Part shown: positions 21,701 through 30,111 of the stretch, piece by piece
Layout of the letters: the number at the start of each line of letters is the position of its first letter
Numbering within the stretch: position 1 is the first letter of the stretch
DNA from: Bacteroidota bacterium
GTDB taxonomy: Bacteria > Bacteroidota > Bacteroidia > UKL13-3
Direction: 5' to 3'
Assembly: GCA_947492885.1 (NCBI GenBank)
Contig: CANLPK010000006.1
Span: 1-62,724, forward strand
DNA: 62,724 nucleotides
Notes under the pieces: generated by a model
The model's database searches: none
What the model was told of the DNA's origin: nothing
Seen by the model: the letters and a program-made list of their open reading frames with translations, nothing else
Made by a program: the position numbers and the translations under genes

Positions 21701-24700
21701 TCCAGGATGTTTCTTCTTAAATTTTGCGGTATCGTTACATAATATAAGATATTCATTTTTTCGAATGATGGTTCCTTCTTTTATTTTATAGGCTGTATCA
21801 CTACTGTTGTTATGCGATAATTGAAAGTCGGTAAGGTCTAGGTCAAGCGTATCATAATTATGCAATTCAATCCAGCCCCCATCATCCTTATAAGTTGGAG
21901 GTTTGGTATTTAATTCACTCACACTCACTCTAGCGGTGAGTCCAGGGTTACAAGCCTTGTGATAACGCTGCCCCGGACTACCAAACAAGCAACCGATGGT
22001 CCAGTTGGAGCCCAAATCACATTGGATGGTGTCGTTGCGTAACTCAATGGTATAGCCAGTTCCGTTAGCTCCATTAGGCCATGGTGCGGCGGTATCTGTA
22101 TAATAAATATTTTGATAAAGGATATTTGTATTGGTATAGAGTCGAATAGCGTCACTCTTATTACTTAGTCCGAAATTGAAATTTCCAATTCGGTTTTTTA
22201 TTGTTGAATGAAATGACTTAAACTTCGCGGTATCAGCGCAAACAATATAGTAATCATTCGCTGGAATAGTGAAGTTGGATGGAAACGTAAACAGATGTAA
22301 ATTGTCATCATCTTTAAATACGTAACCACCAATATTTTTAGGTGCATTGCTATTGTTTTTAATTTCGAACCAATCGCCAGTATTGTGACTTGCAGCAGCA
22401 GTGTAGTTAATTTCAGTAACATTCACATCTTGAATACATCGCCCATAAGCCCTCCCAGGAGAGCCCCAGAGGCAGCCATCGAACCAGTTATAGGGTGAAT
22501 TGTAATTGCCATTAACACCATAGTGCTCTAAGGTTTTTCCACCTCCATTTGCCCCTTGAGGCCATGGTGGATCGGCACTGTAAACGAAATTAAAAATAGG
22601 GTAGGAGGTAATATCATAGAGTGTTATTTTACCGCCCAAGTTATTCAAGCTAAACCCTAAGTTGCCAACTCTGTTTTTTACTTCAGGATATAATAATTTG
22701 AATTTGTTGGTATCTTCACAAAGCACAACATAACTGAATCCTGGAATAATGATATTGCCAAACTTCTTCGAATTCGCGCCGCCATTCGCTGTAATCATGA
22801 AGTTGTTTAAATTAATATTACCCGATGAATTATTATACAACTCAATCCAGTTGCCAGCATCGAAATTTTTATCCGAATTATAATTCACTTCAGTAATAAA
22901 CAGCCTGTTGGAGTATACCGATTCGAAGCATGGACTATGCCATCCGGGCATATAAAGGTTAAGCCATGATGTGCGACCTCGATACCAGTTTTTCATTAAA
23001 TTGGTTTCTTGTGAGTATGCGTTACTCACATGGCCATTATACAAATCGGTACCAAGGATAGGCCATTTTGTAAAGTGACGTAACTGAGGCACATCAAGAT
23101 ATGCAGCCACCGAATCGATATAATTATTTACATTATAAGGAGATAATACTGAGTAGTATAATTTTGTCCATCTACATCGCAATTGGTCGCGATAATAGTT
23201 TTCAGTATTGAGTTGGTCGAACCACCACATCGTATTATTTGCGGTACAACCACACCAGCCATTGGTGTCGTTGGTATTGCAAAAGCTAGCATTGCCGAGG
23301 CTATAGTTAAAATCCCAGATTGGGCCCATCACTAATTTCCCGCCTTCCGAATTCCTACTTTTAAAGAAGTAGGTACTTGCCCGATATGCATCCACATTAT
23401 GTGTGATTTCGTTCAGGATGAAAAAATCAATAAAAGAACCTACATCGATATACTTACGGTAACCAGTGGTAATATTACTCATTCCTGTACTCAACAGGTT
23501 TTGCTCAAAAGAGTCGATGAAGTATTCTACATAGTTGCGCTGGGCTTGGGTAATATCGGTTCCATTGGGGTCGGAAGTTTGGAAGCGAATGCTTTTCGCC
23601 ACCGAATTATAGAGTGTGATATGCGAGTTCCATGTTCCCAAACCAGCATCGGCATTCCAATCAACCTTGAAAATATAACCACCAGTAAGGGAGTCACCTG
23701 CATTATGATTGGGTTTTATCTGAGTAACGGCAACCCTGTTTTTGTCAATTTTCACCTTTTCCATCATCACATATACCCCAATATAAACCGTATCCAGAAA
23801 GGCTTCTACAAAGCGGCAACGAGGAGCCCACCAACCCATTTTGCGCGCTAAGTCGTACATCATAGCATTACGCATCAAGGTTTTATCATTATAAGGAGCA
23901 TAAAGAATGAAGTCACTCTCTTTAGGAAAACCAAGAATTTTCACATTATCGGGCAGGGAGAGAGAGTCGAAGGTGGTAATTCCATACGATTTCTGTGCAA
24001 AGTTCAATGATGATGCTCCATGCAATTCAACGCCCGCTTTGCCATAATAGTCGTTGGCCGAGTCGGGTAAGTGATTTTGATCGCTTCCATTGTCAATGAT
24101 ACGCATCACCATTGTTTTCTTAGGTTCATTCACAATGGTAACACCTTTGGCCACAATTTGAAGGATGGGCAAATGGCTATAGAATGGGGGTTTGAACCAA
24201 CTCGGGTTTTGGCTATAGTTGGTGCCACTGGCATTCATCCCTGCCATTAAGTAAGGGAGTGCACTTAAATCGTTATCGGTGCCGCTGGTGGCATAGTTGT
24301 GGACTTGAATACAGAGTACATTATTTCCGTTTTTAACCATGGCTTTCATCACCGATTTGGCGATAAAGAAATACTCCGCATTCAGGTTTTGATAGAGATG
24401 TGCCTCGTGAGGCGCCGTGGCAGCCGTAGTATAAATTGGGATAACACCCGTTGTTCCTAAATTCTTTCGAGCTACTTCTACATTGTTGATATAGGCTACG
24501 AAGCCATCGTCATAATCGATACTCAATAGCAATTCGGTGATGGTTGAGGTGTCGCTAACAACAAAGGTCTTGCGCATATAGAGGCTCTGGCAAGCGGTAA
24601 GGATGGTTGCATCATCGTTATCACCGTAGCCAATACCCCCGTTACCTGCACTCCAGCTGGCATCACTAAAAGTGGCTCTTCTCCAATTGGAGTCCGGCTC

Positions 24701-24847
24701 GCTATTGCCCACAAAGTATCGCCATTGCTGACTCCCATTCAAAATGGTTTCGAAATGGTGAACGGTATTCGAGTAAAAGTAGGGGCCTTGAGCTATTGCC
24801 CAATGACCCACAAAAAAAAGCAAAATAGCAACGTAGCGTTTTCTCAT
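18785..24847 (-). CDS. T9SS-secreted CotH kinase family protein with eight lamin-tail domains
   Basis: CotH motifs (DKTLMRN, YIGVYVMMEK, NVDAY, GPIWDFN); eight (I/V)(S/T)E(I/V/L)N...W(I/L/F)E(L/I) LTD repeats; IYPNPA CTD. Confidence 0.9.
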   Translation of the reverse strand: MRKRYVAILLFFVGHWAIAQGPYFYSNTVHHFETILNGSQQWRYFVGNSEPDSNWRRATFSDASWSAGNGGIGYGDNDDATILTACQSLYMRKTFVVSDTSTITELLLSIDYDDGFVAYINNVEVARKNLGTTGVIPIYTTAATAPHEAHLYQNLNAEYFFIAKSVMKAMVKNGNNVLCIQVHNYATSGTDNDLSALPYLMAGMNASGTNYSQNPSWFKPPFYSHLPILQIVAKGVTIVNEPKKTMVMRIIDNGSDQNHLPDSANDYYGKAGVELHGASSLNFAQKSYGITTFDSLSLPDNVKILGFPKESDFILYAPYNDKTLMRNAMMYDLARKMGWWAPRCRFVEAFLDTVYIGVYVMMEKVKIDKNRVAVTQIKPNHNAGDSLTGGYIFKVDWNADAGLGTWNSHITLYNSVAKSIRFQTSDPNGTDITQAQRNYVEYFIDSFEQNLLSTGMSNITTGYRKYIDVGSFIDFFILNEITHNVDAYRASTYFFKSRNSEGGKLVMGPIWDFNYSLGNASFCNTNDTNGWCGCTANNTMWWFDQLNTENYYRDQLRCRWTKLYYSVLSPYNVNNYIDSVAAYLDVPQLRHFTKWPILGTDLYNGHVSNAYSQETNLMKNWYRGRTSWLNLYMPGWHSPCFESVYSNRLFITEVNYNSDKNFDAGNWIELYNNSSGNINLNNFMITANGGANSKKFGNIIIPGFSYVVLCEDTNKFKLLYPEVKNRVGNLGFSLNNLGGKITLYDITSYPIFNFVYSADPPWPQGANGGGKTLEHYGVNGNYNSPYNWFDGCLWGSPGRAYGRCIQDVNVTEINYTAAASHNTGDWFEIKNNSNAPKNIGGYVFKDDDNLHLFTFPSNFTIPANDYYIVCADTAKFKSFHSTIKNRIGNFNFGLSNKSDAIRLYTNTNILYQNIYYTDTAAPWPNGANGTGYTIELRNDTIQCDLGSNWTIGCLFGSPGQRYHKACNPGLTARVSVSELNTKPPTYKDDGGWIELHNYDTLDLDLTDFQLSHNNSSDTAYKIKEGTIIRKNEYLILCNDTAKFKKKHPGMGGFYVLNKWKFNASSDSLIFKDFNGNVFIRMSYQLNAAMGSEAFGLGKTRELKFDTSNLNITSNYFDGCFEGSPGLPYSKCDRAPLMISEINYKSSSAFDQGFWLELKNTDTISLNLNHYYFRKSGDTTKYTFPKNTNLLPGQYLGVSYDSVRFVTANPFISGMRFSNTPTFSNKNEIIQLFDTAVQWLNVQYLDTLPFPIRAAGNGYTLEATNDSANIFYASSFATRCFGGSPGSAASLPCTPSLNSNLTISEINYRSEAHSNSGFWIELHNRSTTPQDVSGWYLTASDLKKNILFPSNTIIGGNDYLVLITDSVKFKNQYPSVFKFLFIPNNLYNTTSDSIKIYDPRGFQACKAFFSNDTTWAQGANGGGYTLEKIDTSKNSITAAAWNVGCLNGSPGAPFSACSKSALIISEINYNPGNLANSGTWLELKNSGTAVINLSNYVFYFNQNDSLKINTSIGAGNYLVIASDSIRFRNQHPFISNVRSSNFKLDTIANTITIFQNKVLKSTVRYNPTLIGLETARGQGYTLELIHDSLLQIDPKIWTIGCFKGSPGTQRLTPCSPALNANITFSEINYQSDTFNNSGVWIELHNNQNQALNLKNWVVLNATGEYWVIDNLSIQANSYWVWTIDTAKFHAVYPGMNNYSLLPLSLSKSSDSIILLDYSGMMSCKAFYANDDTWPWTTHGRGKTLESNGTRVLQTSTNHWQAGCFMGSPGAAYVPCIDPVIISEINYASQTVANDGKWLELYFNSNISTSISKITLRSGDTFQSLTLAKPLSPNSYLVLCSDTIAFNKYHSFIDNKLLFPNLNLSGGVHELTVYDEQNHVLQVGKYSSFKPWDSLANGIGYTLELIKDSTQYHLANNYKSYCKRGSAGAATYAPCGNAFGINSTPKVSLPLIYPNPANKKLTLEVPQSPTVLMSFSVYDLLGKTLLKGNISERFTSLDISALSAGVYMIQIGNYPTMKFVKE

Positions 24848-25019
24848 TCAAAGAAATGTTTTCACAATAATACCACTTAATCTTTAGAATAAGGCACCAA
24901 AAGTCTCAGGCTTTTGTCATAATTAGTCTACAATTTTGTCTTCTTTTCAAACCTTTGATTAACCCAAAACAAGGGCATTTTTCGCGGGTAACGCAAACGC
25001 TAAAAATCCCAATATTAAA

Positions 25020-25051
25020 TTTGTGATTGCGTAAATCGTTTAATAAATTCG
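25020..25051 (+). promoter_or_regulatory. Bacteroidota promoter (-33 TTTG / -7 TAAATTCG) of the mre operon
   Basis: TTTG at 25020-25023, 20-nt spacer, TAAATTCG at 25044-25051. Confidence 0.5.
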
Positions 25052-25089
25052 CAGTGCATTAGATAAATGCCCTTTCGACACAATTTTTC

Positions 25090-26112
25090 ATGGGAATATT
25101 TAATTTTTTAACACAGGAGCTGGCTATTGATTTAGGTACAGCGAATACTTTAATTATTTTTAAAGATAAGGTAGTGGTCGATGAGCCATCTATCATTGCA
25201 AAAAACAGAACCACTGGCGAAGTTGTTGCTATTGGTAATCAAGCCATGCAGATGCATGGAAAGACCCATGATGAAATTCGAACCATTCGCCCTTTGAAAG
25301 ATGGTGTGATTGCCGATTTTCAAGCTGCAGAAGAAATGATTAAGGGGATGATTAAAATGATTAACCCCGGTCGTAGAATGTTTCCACCACAATTGCGAAT
25401 GGTAATTTGCATTCCAAGTGGTATCACTGAAGTAGAAAAAAGAGCGGTTAGAGATAGCGCCGAAAAGGCCGGAGGAAAAGAAGTATATATGATTCATGAG
25501 CCCATGGCGGCTGCAATCGGTATTGGTATCGATGTAAGCGAACCCAAAGGAAATATGATTATTGATATCGGTGGAGGTACTACAGAAATTGCTGTAATTG
25601 CCTTGAGTGGTATTGTTTGCGATCAATCAATACGTGTTGCGGGTGATGAATTCACCGATGATATTATTGAGTACATGCGTCGCCAGCACAATCTTTTGTT
25701 GGGAGAACGCTCTGCCGAACGTATCAAAATTGAAGTAGGCTCTGCGCTTACGGAACTCGAAAAACCACCTTCTGATTATGCTGTGAATGGTCGCGACTTA
25801 ATGACAGGGGTTCCTAAGCAAGTAACTGTTTCTTACAGCGAAATTGCACAATGCCTCGATAAGTCGATTTCGAAAATTGAAGAAGCAATTTTACGTGCAT
25901 TGGAATTAACTCCTCCTGAATTATCTGCAGATATCTACCAAACAGGCTTATACCTCACCGGTGGTGGTGCATTGATTCGCGGACTCGACAAACGTATTGC
26001 TCAGAAAACAAAACTCCCTGTGTATGTTGCCGAAGATCCATTGCGCGCTGTAGTGCGAGGTACAGGTATTGCCTTGAAAAATATTGCCACCTTCAAATTC
26101 TTAATGCAATAA
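25090..26112 (+). CDS. mreB: Rod shape-determining protein MreB
   Basis: AIDLGTANT, EPMAAAIG, DIGGGTT, TGGGA. Confidence 0.98.
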   Translation: MGIFNFLTQELAIDLGTANTLIIFKDKVVVDEPSIIAKNRTTGEVVAIGNQAMQMHGKTHDEIRTIRPLKDGVIADFQAAEEMIKGMIKMINPGRRMFPPQLRMVICIPSGITEVEKRAVRDSAEKAGGKEVYMIHEPMAAAIGIGIDVSEPKGNMIIDIGGGTTEIAVIALSGIVCDQSIRVAGDEFTDDIIEYMRRQHNLLLGERSAERIKIEVGSALTELEKPPSDYAVNGRDLMTGVPKQVTVSYSEIAQCLDKSISKIEEAILRALELTPPELSADIYQTGLYLTGGGALIRGLDKRIAQKTKLPVYVAEDPLRAVVRGTGIALKNIATFKFLMQ

Positions 26113-26272
26113 GTAATTCTTAATTTATTCGGTACATCTATCGATTTTAAAATGCTACCTAAGAAATTGTTAGCCGAATTAGATTATAGTCCAATGACTC
26201 GTTAGAAGATTTTAAATAGATTCGTGTAATTACCTCTCAAACAATCACCAACACTCGCTTCTAAATCAACCC

Positions 26273-27103
26273 ATGCAACAGTTTTTTTATTTCTTCATAC
26301 GATTTAAAATCTTTTGGGTGTTCTTTATCTTTGAGGTGATTTCATTGGTATTGGTTTATAATAATAGTCCTTTTCATAAAGCGAGTTTTATCAATACGGC
26401 CAATAGCTTCACAGGAGGTATATATAATTCAGCGAATAAAATCACTTCGTATTTTCATCTCCGACAAATTAACGATAGTGTGATGGCCGAAAATGCGAGG
26501 TTGTACAATAATCTTTATCGTGCCGATTCTCTTACCCATCATTCGGATACCATTAATTTCAAAGATTCAACAAACAAATATATCGGTCGTTATGTTTACA
26601 CCGCAGCAGATGTAATTAGTAATTCAACATCTAATCGGAATAACTACCTTATGCTCAATGTGGGGGCTGCCGATGGTATTACCAAACAAAGTGGTGTAGT
26701 TTGTAACGAAGGAGTGGTGGGAATTGTATATGATGTAAGTGAGCATTTTTGTACCGTGATTTCGTTGCTTAATAGCAATGCTCATATTAGCGCGAAAATT
26801 GATAGCAGCAATAATTCGGGCACCTTAATGTGGAATGGCAAAAGCCCATTGTTAGCTCAAATAGATGATATCAATAAACATGTCAAAGTAGTGCCAGGAC
26901 AAACAATTTCAACCAGTGGATTGAATTATATTTTCCCTGGTAATATAAAAATAGGAACGGTGTTGGAGTCAAGTATCGATGGCAATACCAATCGTATCAG
27001 TATCCGCCTTTCTACGCCATTTGAAACACTATATAAAGTTTATGTAGTTCGTAATTTGGATTATGAAGAGCAACAAAATTTATTAAATAGTATAAAACAG
27101 TAA
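26273..27103 (+). CDS. mreC: Rod shape-determining protein MreC
   Basis: N-terminal TM, coiled coil (ENARL), beta domain GVVGIV/TSG...FP; operon position. Confidence 0.93.
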   Translation: MQQFFYFFIRFKIFWVFFIFEVISLVLVYNNSPFHKASFINTANSFTGGIYNSANKITSYFHLRQINDSVMAENARLYNNLYRADSLTHHSDTINFKDSTNKYIGRYVYTAADVISNSTSNRNNYLMLNVGAADGITKQSGVVCNEGVVGIVYDVSEHFCTVISLLNSNAHISAKIDSSNNSGTLMWNGKSPLLAQIDDINKHVKVVPGQTISTSGLNYIFPGNIKIGTVLESSIDGNTNRISIRLSTPFETLYKVYVVRNLDYEEQQNLLNSIKQ

Positions 27104-27105
27104 CC

Positions 27106-27624
27106 GTGTACCGCGATATAATTTATCAAGCATTGCGCTTTGTTTTTTTGGTGATACTTCAAGTATTTGTCATCAATCAAATGTTGCAATACAATTTGAT
27201 AAATCCATTCGTATATCCATTATTCATTTTGCTCCTGCCAGTAAATACCTCCTTCTTCTTGGTATTACTCTTGAGCTTTGCTGTTGGAATTACGGTCGAC
27301 TTATTACAATTCACATCTGGCATCCATGCTTCAGCCACGGTGTTCATGGGCTTTCTTCGTATCTACTTTTTAAAGGCTTCTTTAAGCAAAGAAAATTTCG
27401 AAAAGAATATTAAGCCAGATATCCGTGATAAAGGCTTGGCTTGGTTTTCTGTATATGCCATTGTTTTGCTTTTTGCACATCATTTGGTTTTATATTTCTT
27501 AGAGGTGAATACTTTCCGTGAATTCTTCTTCACAATTCTAAAAACAAGCCTTAGTGCGCTCGCATCATTGCTTCTTGTGATTCTTATAGAATATCTATTG
27601 ATGCCTACTTCCAAAAAACAATAG
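27106..27624 (+). CDS. mreD: Rod shape-determining protein MreD
   Basis: Hydrophobic protein with YPLFILLLP and GIHASA; lies between mreC and mrdA. Confidence 0.88.
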   Translation: MYRDIIYQALRFVFLVILQVFVINQMLQYNLINPFVYPLFILLLPVNTSFFLVLLLSFAVGITVDLLQFTSGIHASATVFMGFLRIYFLKASLSKENFEKNIKPDIRDKGLAWFSVYAIVLLFAHHLVLYFLEVNTFREFFFTILKTSLSALASLLLVILIEYLLMPTSKKQ

Positions 27625-27626
27625 CC

Positions 27627-29522
27627 ATGCAAAATTTAGATCGACGTAAAATTACTTTCTATATCATTTTTGCATTGGTGGCATTGGTTTTCCTCATTCG
27701 CTTGTTTGTACTTCAAGTGGTGAATACTCGTGAAGTAGAAGCTGGTCGTCTCGAAGAAATTGTGTATCCATCACGTGGGTTAATATATGATCGTTATGGA
27801 GAATTGATGGTTTACAATGATGCCATATACGACTTGATGATATACCCTCGTCAGGCCCGTAATATCGATACCATGGGGCTTTGTCGTATTGTTGGTATTG
27901 AAAAGGAAGAGTTTATTAGTAGAGTTTACGCTATTGTTCACGACTCACTTCATTACAAAAGCACCAAACCTTATGTGCTAGAGAAGGAACTGTCGGATAA
28001 GATGTATGCCACGGTGCAAGAGAATTTATATCATTACCCCTGTCTCACCATTCAGACGCGCACCGATAGAAAATATAATCATGCCAGTGGTGCACATTTG
28101 CTCGGATTTATACGGGAAGTAAGCGATCAGGATATTGCACGATCAAAAAATTATTATTTGCGTGGTGAAGCAATTGGCAAGTCGGGTTTGGAGCGTAGCT
28201 ATGAAGATACCTTGCGTGGACGTAAAGGAATGAGTTTCTTTATTCAAGATGTGGCAGGCACCAAGAAAGGTTCTTTTAAAGATGGGAAGTCAGATATTCC
28301 GGCTGTTCCTGGAACCGATTTGCATCTGTCAATTTCAGTGAAGTTGCAAAATTATGGAGAGGAGCTCATGCAAAATAAGGTGGGAAGTATTGTAGCAATC
28401 GATCCCGAAACAGGGGAGATTTTGGCCATGATTAGTAGCCCAGGTTATGATCCCAATTTGTTAATTGGAAGAGAGAAAAATAAAAATTACGCAGTGCTCA
28501 ACGACGATCCAGCCAAGGTATTATACAATCGCCCACTAGATGCAATGTATCCACCAGGCTCTATCTTCAAGAGCATGCAGGCGTTAATTGCACAACAAGA
28601 AGGTTTACTTGTTCCGGATACTCGTTACCCTTGCTATAGAGGTTATCCAGTAATGGGAGGGAAGCCAGGTTGTCACTCACACCCATCTCCGCTCGATTTA
28701 ATTCAAAGTGTAGCATACTCATGTAACTCCTACTATTGCTATGTTTTTAGGAGTATCGTTGATCAGCCAAAGTATTCAAACATTGAAGATGGATACAGAA
28801 ATTGGTACGAGAAAATTCGTCAGTTTGGTGTTGGGCAAAAGTTGGGTATTGACTTGCCTTTTGAAAACGGTGGGATTCTTCGTTCGGTGGATTATTATAA
28901 TAAAGTTTACGGTAAGGGGGCTTGGAAATCATCGAATTTAATTTCATTAGCTATTGGTCAAGGTGAGTTAGGAATCACTCCGATGCAAATGGCCAATGTG
29001 GTGAGCATCATTGCGAATAGAGGATATTACTGCATCCCACATGCAGTGAAAAATATTGGCAATAACGGAGATATTGATCCGAAATATCATGAACAACATA
29101 AGGTAGCCATCGAACGAAAATACTTTGATTATGTAATTGAAGGGATGTATCAGGTGGTGCAAAGTGGTACCGCATCGAATTGCAAAATTCCCGAAATACA
29201 ATACTGCGGTAAAACAGGTACAGCACAAAATCCACATGGAAAGGATCACTCCGTATTTGTGGCCTTTGCACCTCGAGACAATCCAAAGATAGCCATCGCT
29301 GTAGTAGTTGAAAATGCTGGGTTTGGATCCGATTGGGCTGCACCCATCGCGAGCTTACTTATTGAGAAATATTTAACCGATTCAATTTCACGTCATAGCA
29401 TGGATGAGCGCATGAAAAAAGGCAATCTGATGCCAGCAGTATATTTGCGAAATCGGCAAAAAGAAAACGCAAGAGCCTCTGTTCAAGATACCGTGAAGGA
29501 TATTGACAATAGAAGAAAATAA
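27627..29522 (+). CDS. mrdA: Penicillin-binding protein 2
   Basis: PSRGLIYDR, SxxK (GSIFK), SxN (SCN) and KTG motifs. Confidence 0.95.
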   Translation: MQNLDRRKITFYIIFALVALVFLIRLFVLQVVNTREVEAGRLEEIVYPSRGLIYDRYGELMVYNDAIYDLMIYPRQARNIDTMGLCRIVGIEKEEFISRVYAIVHDSLHYKSTKPYVLEKELSDKMYATVQENLYHYPCLTIQTRTDRKYNHASGAHLLGFIREVSDQDIARSKNYYLRGEAIGKSGLERSYEDTLRGRKGMSFFIQDVAGTKKGSFKDGKSDIPAVPGTDLHLSISVKLQNYGEELMQNKVGSIVAIDPETGEILAMISSPGYDPNLLIGREKNKNYAVLNDDPAKVLYNRPLDAMYPPGSIFKSMQALIAQQEGLLVPDTRYPCYRGYPVMGGKPGCHSHPSPLDLIQSVAYSCNSYYCYVFRSIVDQPKYSNIEDGYRNWYEKIRQFGVGQKLGIDLPFENGGILRSVDYYNKVYGKGAWKSSNLISLAIGQGELGITPMQMANVVSIIANRGYYCIPHAVKNIGNNGDIDPKYHEQHKVAIERKYFDYVIEGMYQVVQSGTASNCKIPEIQYCGKTGTAQNPHGKDHSVFVAFAPRDNPKIAIAVVVENAGFGSDWAAPIASLLIEKYLTDSISRHSMDERMKKGNLMPAVYLRNRQKENARASVQDTVKDIDNRRK

Positions 29523-29619
29523 AGAATCGGTTGTGTTCTGCACCAATTTAATTGGAATGTTCTTAAGTTTTCAAGTTTATTAATCAGCAATTAATATATT
29601 TGTACAAACAAAGTCACTA

Positions 29620-29838
29620 ATGGAATATGAAGGGGTAAAATACCATACAAAGTGCCGCACTTGTGGCACTGTTAATGAACAAGCGCTAATGAATATGCCC
29701 GGCGAAACGCCAATTCAAATTACTCATGTAATGAGTAAGAAAATTAACACAACGCTAGAATATCATTGTGGAAGATGTAATACAAAAACGGAACAGGATT
29801 TAAGATTGCCTTATACGGTTCTTCAAAAACAAACGTAA
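29620..29838 (+). CDS. Small putative zinc-ribbon protein (72 aa)
   Basis: CRTC...CGRC pair; perfect -7 element TATATTTG at 29595-29602. Confidence 0.6.
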   Translation: MEYEGVKYHTKCRTCGTVNEQALMNMPGETPIQITHVMSKKINTTLEYHCGRCNTKTEQDLRLPYTVLQKQT

Positions 29839-30020
29839 GGTTGTATTAGTTTTTTTTGAGGTTAATTAATTAAATCAATTGAATTTTGCAAAAGTTTTAA
29901 ACTGCAATTTCAACTTGCATTGTCAATTCATTTATAAATGATGAATTCTATTCTTATAAAAAACAACGATTATAACAAAAAATAATTTTGTGGCAATTGG
30001 TTGCTAACTCATATTCCGCG

Positions 30021-30057
30021 GGCGGCTTACCAGACTTTTGAGTTTCTGATAAGCGCC
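30021..30057. terminator. Imperfect hairpin between the convergent Zn-ribbon gene and nifJ
   Basis: GGCG(G)CTTAcCAGA...TCTGaTAAGCGCC followed by TTT. Confidence 0.4.
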
Positions 30058-30111
30058 TTTGGAATTCACCAACTAACGTGCGTCGTAATCTTTAACAGTC
30101 ATATTAGATCG

